Shown in pieces: positions 34,245-42,626 of a stretch of 64,000 bases of DNA (positions are counted from its first letter, which is position 1; each line of letters opens with the position of its first letter). The stretch covers positions 4,112-68,111 of the forward strand of contig JACPLF010000003.1 in the NCBI GenBank assembly GCA_016186645.1, written 5' to 3'. This DNA comes from Candidatus Levyibacteriota bacterium (GTDB taxonomy: Bacteria; Patescibacteriota; Microgenomatia; Levybacterales; UBA12049). Below the pieces are notes generated by a model. That model was given only the letters and a program-made list of their open reading frames with translations, did not search any database and was not told the origin of the DNA. The position numbers and the translations under genes are program-made.

Positions 34245-37200
34245 ATGGTCTGTAGGATTTTCCCCATTGCAGACTATACCTTCTTGCACTACAGTTTAAT
34301 AGTGAGATTATTTGCTCGTAATCTTTTATTCATCATTTCTTTCATTTTCCTTTTGTTATTTCCCTCAAATGTAAGCGCGGCAGAATTGCAGCCGGGAAGC
34401 GTTTGGCAGTGGAATGATGCATCCGCCTCTGCAGTTACTCAAAAACAAGGTTTAAGCAATGTAGCTTCTGTTAGTATAGGTCGTGATCATAGTCTTGCTT
34501 TGGAAAGTGACGGTACTGTGTGGGCATGGGGAAATAACCAATACGGGCAGTTGGGTAATGGAGAGAGCGGAGGAAGCCTTGTTGATCCGGTTCAAGTAAA
34601 ACTTTTGGGAGGTGGTTATCTGACGGATGTTAAAGGTATTTCCGCAGGATACAAATGGAGCATTGCCATTAGAAATGATGGGACAGTTTGGGTGTGGGGC
34701 TACGATGGATATGGAGCAAGAGGAGCAGGAGTAGGAAATAATGACAGTGACAGCAAGCTTCTCGTAGCAACGCAGGTTAAAGGTCCAAGCAACTTTCTGC
34801 AAATTGTTGCAATAGCCGCAGGAGATAATCACAGCATTGCGCTAAAAGCCGACGGAAGTGTCTTTGCATGGGGATTAAATAATAATGGGCAAGTGGGTAT
34901 CGGCTGTTATTTATATAATTGTAGTCGAATCGATAGTCCAGTTAAAGTTCTCGACAATGCTATTGCAATTGCCGCAGGCGGACATCATACCCTTGCGGTG
35001 AAAGCAGATCAAACGGTTTGGGGATGGGGAAGAACAAGTGAAGGACAGTTGGGATCTATCACCGGTAGTTTTGGAGTTCAGGGGTCTCCTATCCAAATTC
35101 CAGGAATTTCCGGAATAAAAAATGTTTGGGCAAAAACAAACTGGAATGTCGCTTTGTCTAATAATGGAAGCCTATTCGGTTGGGGACATGGGAGTTATAC
35201 ATATTCTGGCGATAGAAATCCGAAACAAGTATCTGGTTTAGGCGAGGTAACGTTGGCGGCTGTTGGACAAACGATTTTTGCTCCAGTTGGTATTGCTGTA
35301 AAAGGCGATGGGACGTTATGGTGGTGGAATGCCGAAAATAATAGTAATCCAACACAGATTTCAACCCTTTCAAACATCGGCTCTGTTGCAGTCGGTTTGT
35401 TTACTCCTAGTCTTGCTTCGGTTTTCCTTCCAGCTCCAACCCCAACTCCGACACCAACACCTACTCCCAAAACTCCTTTAATCTTAATTCCCGGCATCGG
35501 AGGGTCAGAGTTGAAAGTTGTCGAGGAAACATATTGGTTAGAAAAAGATGATGGGCATGGAGGAAATTTTAATTATATTTATCCTACGGACGAAACAGTT
35601 TGGCTAAATGAAGACAAAGCAAAGGATTTTGGTGAAGATGACTATTTTGATGTTTTGAGAATGAAAAATGATGGTATAACTTCCGAAGCAAATATAGGGA
35701 TTACTGAAAACTTGCTAGGTAGAGCTTACCAGGGGACAATAGATTTTTTTATTTCCAACGGTTACGAATTAAATAAAAATTTTTTTGTTTTTCCTTATTA
35801 TTGGAGAAAAGATATTGCATTAACAGCATTACTTCTTAATGAAAAAATAAATGAAATAAAAACACAAACGGGGAGTCAAAAAGTGGATATTGTTGCTCAT
35901 AGTATGGGAGGACTGGTGGCTAGAAATTATATATCCGATGTGACAAAAGCTCAAAATGTCAGAAAATTATTTACTTTAGGAACCCCGCATCTGGGGTCAG
36001 TGGATTCGTTAAAGAATTTGAGATACGGCGCTTGCCTAACTCCTTTGCCTATATCATTAGGCCCATTGTGCCTAGGAATAGCAGATACAGAAACAAATGA
36101 TGTTGTTCAGAATATGGTTAGTGTATTTCAATTAGTACCAAGTCAAGCTTATTTTAATTTTTATTCCGGAGAAGATAATCAGCACCCATTTCCCTATAGA
36201 ACAGAATCAGGAACTTTGAACTATATGCAAATTAAAAATTTATTAACCGGTCTTAATTTTAACACGCCTCTTTTTAATCCCTCTGAAGCTTTTCATACTC
36301 TGGATAATTCGTTATTCAGTACGAATGGCGTTGATGTAACGTTAATTGCAGGTTCCGGCCAAAAAACTTTGGGGCAAATTGTTGAAGAAAAAAGGACTTC
36401 CTTGTTGGGAATTCCATATATTCATAAAGACACAATTAATATCAATGGCGATGGGACAGTTTCGCTTTTTAGCGCTTCTCTTAACGACTCCGATAATGGT
36501 ATTTCTTTTTTGGGTAATGCAAAAGTTTTTTATACGAAGCAGGATCATGGTAATCTGGTTTCTTCGGGGTCAGCATTAAATCTCATAAAAAATATTTTAA
36601 ACGATGATAATCAGTTGCCTGTTGGAGTTTCTGCCCAACCCTATTTTTTCAGTGGAAGTCAAATTTCCGTGCATTCTCCTGTTAACATTCATGTTTATGA
36701 TTCATTGGGAAACCATACTGGCCCAACAAGCAATGGAGATTTTGAAGCGAATATTCCAGGAAGTTCTTACGATACTTTGGATGATGCTAAATTTATTTGG
36801 CTTCCGGATAACGGACAGTATGATATTAAATTTGAAGCAACTGATCAGGGTAGTTTTGATTTCAAAATCAGAAAATATGAAGATGATGAAAATACGGAAA
36901 CTATACTCTATAAAGAAATTCCATTAGCCAATAATACAAAAGCGGAAACTTCATTTGATACTCAATCTTCAGAAGTTCCCATTATTAGAATTGATGAGGA
37001 TGGAAATGGCAATTTTGACTTTAATATAGAGCACTTCAGTATTTTGGAAGGAGATGCAAATTATGATTATACTCCTCCAACTATCTCCTCAGCTGTTAAT
37101 CCAAAATCTATCTGGCCGCCAAACAATAAGATGGTTAATGTAAATATTACAGGCGCTATAACTGATGAGAATCCATATTTAGTAACAATCTTGGTTGATG

Positions 37201-37400
37201 ATGAATATGACTTAATTGAACCTTCAATAACTATCCAGAATCAGACAAATATTAATGAAACTATAAAGTTGGAAGCTTCAAGAAAAGGTGGCGATAAAGA
37301 TGGGAGGAAATATACAATAAAAATATTGGCTACGGATCTGGCTGGAAATACTTCGCTTTCTATTGCAGAAGTAATTGTTCCGCATGACCAGAGGAAATAA
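34245..37400 (+). CDS. 1051-aa secreted multidomain protein: RCC1-like repeats, PT linker, alpha/beta-hydrolase lipase domain (GHSMGG), C-terminal Ig-like region
   Basis: Signal peptide. GRDHSLALESDGTVWAWGNNQYGQLG repeats x6-7. PTPTPTPTPTP at about 35437-35470. VAHSMGGLVARNY. C-terminal KYTIKILATDLAGNTS. Confidence 0.75.
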   Translation: MVCRIFPIADYTFLHYSLIVRLFARNLLFIISFIFLLLFPSNVSAAELQPGSVWQWNDASASAVTQKQGLSNVASVSIGRDHSLALESDGTVWAWGNNQYGQLGNGESGGSLVDPVQVKLLGGGYLTDVKGISAGYKWSIAIRNDGTVWVWGYDGYGARGAGVGNNDSDSKLLVATQVKGPSNFLQIVAIAAGDNHSIALKADGSVFAWGLNNNGQVGIGCYLYNCSRIDSPVKVLDNAIAIAAGGHHTLAVKADQTVWGWGRTSEGQLGSITGSFGVQGSPIQIPGISGIKNVWAKTNWNVALSNNGSLFGWGHGSYTYSGDRNPKQVSGLGEVTLAAVGQTIFAPVGIAVKGDGTLWWWNAENNSNPTQISTLSNIGSVAVGLFTPSLASVFLPAPTPTPTPTPTPKTPLILIPGIGGSELKVVEETYWLEKDDGHGGNFNYIYPTDETVWLNEDKAKDFGEDDYFDVLRMKNDGITSEANIGITENLLGRAYQGTIDFFISNGYELNKNFFVFPYYWRKDIALTALLLNEKINEIKTQTGSQKVDIVAHSMGGLVARNYISDVTKAQNVRKLFTLGTPHLGSVDSLKNLRYGACLTPLPISLGPLCLGIADTETNDVVQNMVSVFQLVPSQAYFNFYSGEDNQHPFPYRTESGTLNYMQIKNLLTGLNFNTPLFNPSEAFHTLDNSLFSTNGVDVTLIAGSGQKTLGQIVEEKRTSLLGIPYIHKDTININGDGTVSLFSASLNDSDNGISFLGNAKVFYTKQDHGNLVSSGSALNLIKNILNDDNQLPVGVSAQPYFFSGSQISVHSPVNIHVYDSLGNHTGPTSNGDFEANIPGSSYDTLDDAKFIWLPDNGQYDIKFEATDQGSFDFKIRKYEDDENTETILYKEIPLANNTKAETSFDTQSSEVPIIRIDEDGNGNFDFNIEHFSILEGDANYDYTPPTISSAVNPKSIWPPNNKMVNVNITGAITDENPYLVTILVDDEYDLIEPSITIQNQTNINETIKLEASRKGGDKDGRKYTIKILATDLAGNTSLSIAEVIVPHDQRK

Positions 37401-37405
37401 AGCAA

Positions 37406-37654
37406 TTATTTTTTCGACTTTGATTTATTGAGGAATATTTTCCAAATTCCCCAAATAACAACAAACCAGAAAGCGATATCTAGAACCAAAACTGAATAGT
37501 TTGTGCTTGCAGTGCCGAATAAAGCATAGGAACCAAATTTAAATGGTAATCCGGATTGATTTGCGGAAGGATTAGCTAAAGCATCTATAATGGCAAATCC
37601 ATAAGTCGCAACTATACTTAATATCGAAATAACCACGAGTGATTTTTTGGTCAT
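37406..37654 (-). CDS. small membrane protein (82 aa)
   Basis: Two predicted TM helices; convergent with the large gene. Confidence 0.4.
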   Translation of the reverse strand: MTKKSLVVISILSIVATYGFAIIDALANPSANQSGLPFKFGSYALFGTASTNYSVLVLDIAFWFVVIWGIWKIFLNKSKSKK

Positions 37655-37840
37655 AACTTTTCTTGATAATTTACTCTACACATTTACCATATCACAAAAT
37701 CCATTTGTCAACAACTGGTCGTTGCTCATTTAACTAAATACAGCGGCCGCTGTCTATATTTAAATGCCTAATTTTGCAAGAAAAATCTCTGTTGACATAT
37801 GAAGTTGGAGAGACTACTATAATTAATATGGAGAATTCAG

Positions 37841-38533
37841 ATGGCTGCTGCTAAAAAAACTGCAAGTACCACGTCAAACGCGGCTCATGCAGAAGCACAG
37901 AAAAAAACTGAAGCACAGAGCGAGAAAAAGGAACCAGTGGTTGTTGCAGATACTGTGATAGAAACCACAGAAAGAGTTGAAGTAATCGAAGAGACAACCC
38001 CAGAGCCCAAATCAGATCCTTTAACTGATTTTAAAGCAAAAATGAGCGAGGAAGAAAAGCAGCCGGCCGGGAGCAGCCCGCCTCAAAAAAATTTCATGTG
38101 GCCGATACTTTTTGTTTTTGCAGTCGCTCTTCTAATGTTAGGGGGAATTTTTCTTTATAAAAATAATATAAAAGTCGAGAAGATTAATGTTGTCACACTA
38201 ACTCCTACTCCAACAGTCATGCCCGAACCAACCAAGGCGGTCGATCTGACAAAATATGAAATTGAAATTCAAAATGGAAGCGGAATCAGCGGAGAAGCAT
38301 CAAGACAGCAGGAGAATCTGGAATCAGAAGGATTTACGGTATCTTCTATAGGTAATGCGGATAATTCAGATTATACAGAGACAATTATTCAGGCAAAGGA
38401 AACAGTAGAGGCAGCTTTTCTTGATAAATTAAAAAGCGTTCTTGAGGAGTCGTTTGTTGTTGGTGAGACGGAAGAATTGCCGCAGGACGCAGACTCTGAT
38501 GTAATTGTAATCTTGGGCAGTGAAACAAATTAA
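37841..38533 (+). CDS. membrane protein with a LytR_C-like C-terminal domain
   Basis: Single TM. EIEIQNGSGISGEASRQQENLESEGFTV...VIVILGSE. Confidence 0.6.
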   Translation: MAAAKKTASTTSNAAHAEAQKKTEAQSEKKEPVVVADTVIETTERVEVIEETTPEPKSDPLTDFKAKMSEEEKQPAGSSPPQKNFMWPILFVFAVALLMLGGIFLYKNNIKVEKINVVTLTPTPTVMPEPTKAVDLTKYEIEIQNGSGISGEASRQQENLESEGFTVSSIGNADNSDYTETIIQAKETVEAAFLDKLKSVLEESFVVGETEELPQDADSDVIVILGSETN

Positions 38534-38542
38534 TACCCCTCC

Positions 38543-39559
38543 ATGAAGAAATTGGGAATCGGTCTTCTTATAATTTTAATAATCTTGGGATTATTTTTTA
38601 TTTTAAAAGATGTTGATCGCCAAAAAGAAAGAGTAAAAGAAAAACCCCTTGCCAAATATACTTTTGAAAACCTAAAGAAGAAACAGTTTCTGTCACTTCC
38701 TGTTGCTCTTGGACATGTTTTAGACGAAGATGAAAATATTATTTCTCAAATGTTTTATTTCAATATTCGCGAAACGATAGATGGAAAAAGCATGCATAGA
38801 AAAGTGAGCGGGCTTATAAATGTTCCAAAGCTTGAAGGCACGTATCCTGTTATTGTCATGATGCGGGGATTTGTCCCAAAGGAAATTTATACAACAGGAA
38901 TTGGTACGCAAAGAGCAGGAGAATTTTTCGCGCAAAATGGTTTTATAACTATAGCGCAGGATTTTTTAGGTTACGGACAGTCAGAGAATCCGTCAGGGAA
39001 TTCAATAGAGGAAAGATTTCAAACACATACAACAACTCTTACCCTTCTGTCTTCTCTGGTTAATTTAAATAATGGGCTTGATGCAAGTTATTCGGGAAAA
39101 ATTAAAGCAGATACTTCAAAAGTTGGGATTTGGGGACATAGCAACGGAGGACAGATTGCATTATCAGTCCTTGAGATAACCGGGAAAAATTATCCAACAG
39201 TTCTTTGGGCGCCTGTTTCAAAACCTTTTCCATATTCTATATTTTTCTTTATGGATGACTTTGATGATCATGGAAAGGCGTTAAGAAAGGTAGTTGCAAA
39301 TTTTGAAAATGATTACGATATTGAGCTGTATTCACCAAGTAATTTTTATTCTTGGATTAATGCCCCAATCCAAATTCACCAAGGGACAGCAGATGATTCA
39401 GTGCCTCCTAAATGGTCGGATCAGCTGAATAAAGATTTGGAAAAATTGGGAAAATATATAGAATATTTTGTTTATCCGGGAGCAGATCATAATTTATTGC
39501 CTGGTTGGGAAACAGCAGTGCAGAGGAGTTTGGATTTTTACAAACAGAAACTGCTATAA
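38543..39559 (+). CDS. secreted alpha/beta hydrolase (S9/dienelactone-hydrolase-like)
   Basis: GHSNGG nucleophile elbow and a GADHNL histidine motif. Confidence 0.65.
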   Translation: MKKLGIGLLIILIILGLFFILKDVDRQKERVKEKPLAKYTFENLKKKQFLSLPVALGHVLDEDENIISQMFYFNIRETIDGKSMHRKVSGLINVPKLEGTYPVIVMMRGFVPKEIYTTGIGTQRAGEFFAQNGFITIAQDFLGYGQSENPSGNSIEERFQTHTTTLTLLSSLVNLNNGLDASYSGKIKADTSKVGIWGHSNGGQIALSVLEITGKNYPTVLWAPVSKPFPYSIFFFMDDFDDHGKALRKVVANFENDYDIELYSPSNFYSWINAPIQIHQGTADDSVPPKWSDQLNKDLEKLGKYIEYFVYPGADHNLLPGWETAVQRSLDFYKQKLL

Positions 39560-39567
39560 TCCACAAT

Positions 39568-40221
39568 ATGTTTAAGATACAAAAATTCGATCTTTTGGTT
39601 TCTGTTTACATATTCTGCATATGCGTTGCAGAGCTGATGGGTGGAAAAACATTTCCTCTTTTGACAATTGGAACATTCAAGCTAAATGCCAGTGTAGCAA
39701 TTTTTGTCTTGCCTCTTATTTTTACGATTAATGATGTGATTACGGAAGTTTATGGAAAAGAAAGAACAAGAAGCGTTATTAGATCAGGATTATTTATTAT
39801 TTTTTTAATTTTTGCATTTTCTATATTTGCCACAAGTCTTCCTCCATCAATGAGATTTGTTGCTTCCGAAAAAGCATACGATACAATCTTTGGTTTGTCT
39901 GCCAGAATTGCAGCCGCATCCTTAACAGCTTTTACATTGGCTGAATTTATGGATGTTTTTATATTCGCAAAAATAAGAGAGATATTGGGAAAAAAAGCGT
40001 TGTGGCTTAGAAACAATGCATCTAATTTTGTTTCGCAATTTGTAGACACGTCTGTTTTTATGTTCTTGGCATTTTATGCATTTGACAAAGGTTTTGGCGA
40101 TAATTTTGCTTTTTTAGTTAGTTTAATTCTTCCATATTGGTTATTAAAATGTTTCATGTCAATTATAGAAACACCTCTTGTTTATCTGGGAGTTAATTGG
40201 CTTAAGAAAGAGAAAAAATGA
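39568..40221 (+). CDS. yhhQ: queuosine-precursor transporter YhhQ (VUT/DUF165 family)
   Basis: FTINDVITEVYG motif. TGCTATAAT at 39552-39560, 7 nt before the ATG. Confidence 0.75.
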   Translation: MFKIQKFDLLVSVYIFCICVAELMGGKTFPLLTIGTFKLNASVAIFVLPLIFTINDVITEVYGKERTRSVIRSGLFIIFLIFAFSIFATSLPPSMRFVASEKAYDTIFGLSARIAAASLTAFTLAEFMDVFIFAKIREILGKKALWLRNNASNFVSQFVDTSVFMFLAFYAFDKGFGDNFAFLVSLILPYWLLKCFMSIIETPLVYLGVNWLKKEKK

Positions 40222-40766
40222 AAGTCATAATGGTTGCGGTCTCCTCAATAAATGGCAAAATTACAAGAGGTTTGGATCCCAATATTTACTCCTGGACTTC
40301 CAAGGAAGACACGAAGTTCTTCTTCTCTTTAATAAAAAAACACAGTCTTATCGTAATGGGCTCAAAGACTTACGAAACAGTAAGAAAAGTTATTAAACAC
40401 GAAAAGGATAAATTAAGAATAGTTCTAACAAGAGAACCTAAAAAATATTCAGAAGAGGCAAAAAAGGGAATGTTGGAATTTACCAATGAAAATCCCTCAA
40501 AACTTATAAAAAAAATGGAAAGCAGGGGATATAAAAAATTGTTAATTGTTGGCGGTGGAACGATTAATACTTTATTTTTAAAATCAAAACTTGTGAATGA
40601 AATATATTTAACCTTCGAACCAAAAATCTTCGGCTCAGGAAAAAATTTAATAAAAGAAGAAAACCTTGATATTACATTAAAATTAATTAGCGCCAAAAAA
40701 CTCAATCGCCAGGGCACTACGCTTTTGAAATACAGAGTGAGTAAAATGAAAGGCTATGACATATGA
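40218..40766 (+). CDS. dihydrofolate-reductase-like (RibD C-terminal domain) protein
   Basis: MKVIMVAVSSINGKI...LIVMGSKTYE...LLIVGGGTINT. 4-nt overlap with yhhQ. Confidence 0.7.
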   Translation: MKVIMVAVSSINGKITRGLDPNIYSWTSKEDTKFFFSLIKKHSLIVMGSKTYETVRKVIKHEKDKLRIVLTREPKKYSEEAKKGMLEFTNENPSKLIKKMESRGYKKLLIVGGGTINTLFLKSKLVNEIYLTFEPKIFGSGKNLIKEENLDITLKLISAKKLNRQGTTLLKYRVSKMKGYDI

Positions 40767-40839
40767 TTATTTTAAGCGATCGCATGATAAAATCATACAT
40801 CAGAAATGTTAGATGTGACATAATTAGCTTTATTAATTT

Positions 40840-41247
40840 ATGAAAGATAATAAAGATTTGAAAAACGTAACGGAAGGGGAATGGAAGAAAAGGTTAACGC
40901 CGGAGCAATTTAATATTTTAAGAGAGAAGGGAACAGAAGCGCCATTCTCAGGCCGATTTTATAAAAATTTTGAAAAAGGAATGTATGAATGCGCTGCCTG
41001 TGGGCAGGAACTTTTTGCGTCAAGTACCAAATTTGATTCTGATTGCGGGTGGCCGAGTTTTGACAGAAGTTTGGAAGGAAATATAGAGCTTAAAAATGAC
41101 AATAGTCTTGGGATTCAAAGAACGGAAGCCTTATGCAGTAATTGCGGGTCGCATTTGGGCCATGTATTTGACGATGGGCCCAAAGAAACCACGGGTAAAC
41201 GCTTCTGTATAAACTCAATCTCTCTTAACTTCACGTCTTATAAATAA
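40840..41247 (+). CDS. msrB: peptide-methionine (R)-S-oxide reductase
   Basis: Two CxxC pairs and GHVFDDGP. Confidence 0.9.
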   Translation: MKDNKDLKNVTEGEWKKRLTPEQFNILREKGTEAPFSGRFYKNFEKGMYECAACGQELFASSTKFDSDCGWPSFDRSLEGNIELKNDNSLGIQRTEALCSNCGSHLGHVFDDGPKETTGKRFCINSISLNFTSYK

Positions 41248-41256
41248 TCAACAATG

Positions 41257-41300
41257 AGTCGTTTTCCTAGGTGTCTAGCCTGTACAAACCTGGTGTGTAC
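41257..41300. repeat. family 4 element, copy 2
   Basis: cctaggtgtctagcctgtacaaacctggtgtgtacagg. Confidence 0.55.
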
Positions 41301-41400
41301 AGGAGTGTACAATAAAACCGACATTTGCCGTTTTTCCTACTTCTGTCCTGACCATAGCATTGCATTATAACACGGTCAATTTTTTGGTACAATACAGCTT

Positions 41401-42336
41401 ATGGATTTAGGAGCAATTATTTTAACAATCCTCGGGCTTTCACTTTTTGAAATCATCACGAGTGTTGATAATGCGATTATCAATGCGGAAGTGCTAAGGG
41501 GCATGTCTCAAAAGGCCAGGCGCTGGTTTCTCCTGTGGGGTTTTCTTTTTGCCGTTTTTGTGGTTAGGGGACTTCTGCCTCTTCTTATTGTATGGATAGC
41601 AAATCCAGGGCTTGGTCTAATTGGTATTTTCTTTGCGGCATTTTCTCAAGATCCTAAAATTGCAGAGGCAATTGAAGCAACTTCACCCCTTCTCCTTTTG
41701 GGAGGAGGAGTATTCATGGTTTTTCTATTTTTCAATTGGCTATTCTTAGAGCCTAAAAATTATGGTTTGAGAGGGGAAAGGTTTTTCCATTCTCAAGGAG
41801 CTTGGTTTTTCGCTATTGTTTCTATTCTTCTTATGATCATAGTTTGGTTTGCTCTCAAAATTGACCCTATGCTTGCTTTTGCGGCAGTTGGCGGATCAAC
41901 AGCATTTTTTATTATTCATGGGTTTAGGCAATATGCAGAGGAACAGGAAAGAAAACTTATCGCGGGCAACATGTCAGACGTAAGTAAAATTGCTTATCTT
42001 GAAGTATTGGATTCGACATTTTCTATAGACGGAGTAATAGGAGCTTTTGCTTTTACTTTTTCAATACCGTTGATTCTTTTGGGAAACGGTCTTGGAGCAT
42101 TGGTTCTTAGAAAGCTCACAATCAGCAATATCGAAAGAATAAAAAAATATAAATACTTGAAAAATGGAGCGATGTATTCGATATTGTTTTTGGGTGCAAT
42201 TATGATATTGGATAGTTTTGGATTCTATATTCCTCACTACATTTCACCAGCGATAACTTTTGGGACAGTCGGATATTTCTTCTTCAAATCCAAAGCCGAG
42301 TATCAGACGGTACCCGGCAAAACAGAAATTAGTTAA
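41401..42336 (+). CDS. TerC/DUF475-family integral membrane protein
   Basis: EIITSVDNAII motif. TGGTACAAT at 41385-41393, 7 nt before the ATG. Confidence 0.7.
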   Translation: MDLGAIILTILGLSLFEIITSVDNAIINAEVLRGMSQKARRWFLLWGFLFAVFVVRGLLPLLIVWIANPGLGLIGIFFAAFSQDPKIAEAIEATSPLLLLGGGVFMVFLFFNWLFLEPKNYGLRGERFFHSQGAWFFAIVSILLMIIVWFALKIDPMLAFAAVGGSTAFFIIHGFRQYAEEQERKLIAGNMSDVSKIAYLEVLDSTFSIDGVIGAFAFTFSIPLILLGNGLGALVLRKLTISNIERIKKYKYLKNGAMYSILFLGAIMILDSFGFYIPHYISPAITFGTVGYFFFKSKAEYQTVPGKTEIS

Positions 42337-42401
42337 TATAATTTCGGGATTGACATTTGTAAATCTTTAAATGTAATATAAATTTAGGAGGTGAAATAAA
42401 A

Positions 42402-42521
42402 ATGGCAAAGGCAAAAAATGATTCGGTCATTCTTTCAAAGAATGCATTTATCGGATTAATACTTTTCGTCGTAGCATGCACAATTTTCGCGGTCTACGCT
42501 TATACAGGATACGTTAGGTGA
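42402..42521 (+). CDS. small membrane protein (39 aa), not in the ORF track
   Basis: Strong SD AGGAGGTG at 42386-42393. MAKAKNDSVILSKNAFIGLILFVVACTIFAVYAYTGYVR. Confidence 0.5.
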   Translation: MAKAKNDSVILSKNAFIGLILFVVACTIFAVYAYTGYVR

Positions 42522-42626
42522 AATGACCAAATCGTCATGATTTTGTCCAACACGTGTCAAGCCCCTCAATGAATTCTCCATTACTATGAGCGTTATTAAT
42601 ATTACTGTGATATAATCAATAAATAG

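Noticed and set aside
35195-35497. 100-aa minus-strand ORF with GVGVGVGV repeats
   Set aside because: It is the antisense reading of the (PT)n linker inside the large RCC1-lipase gene.
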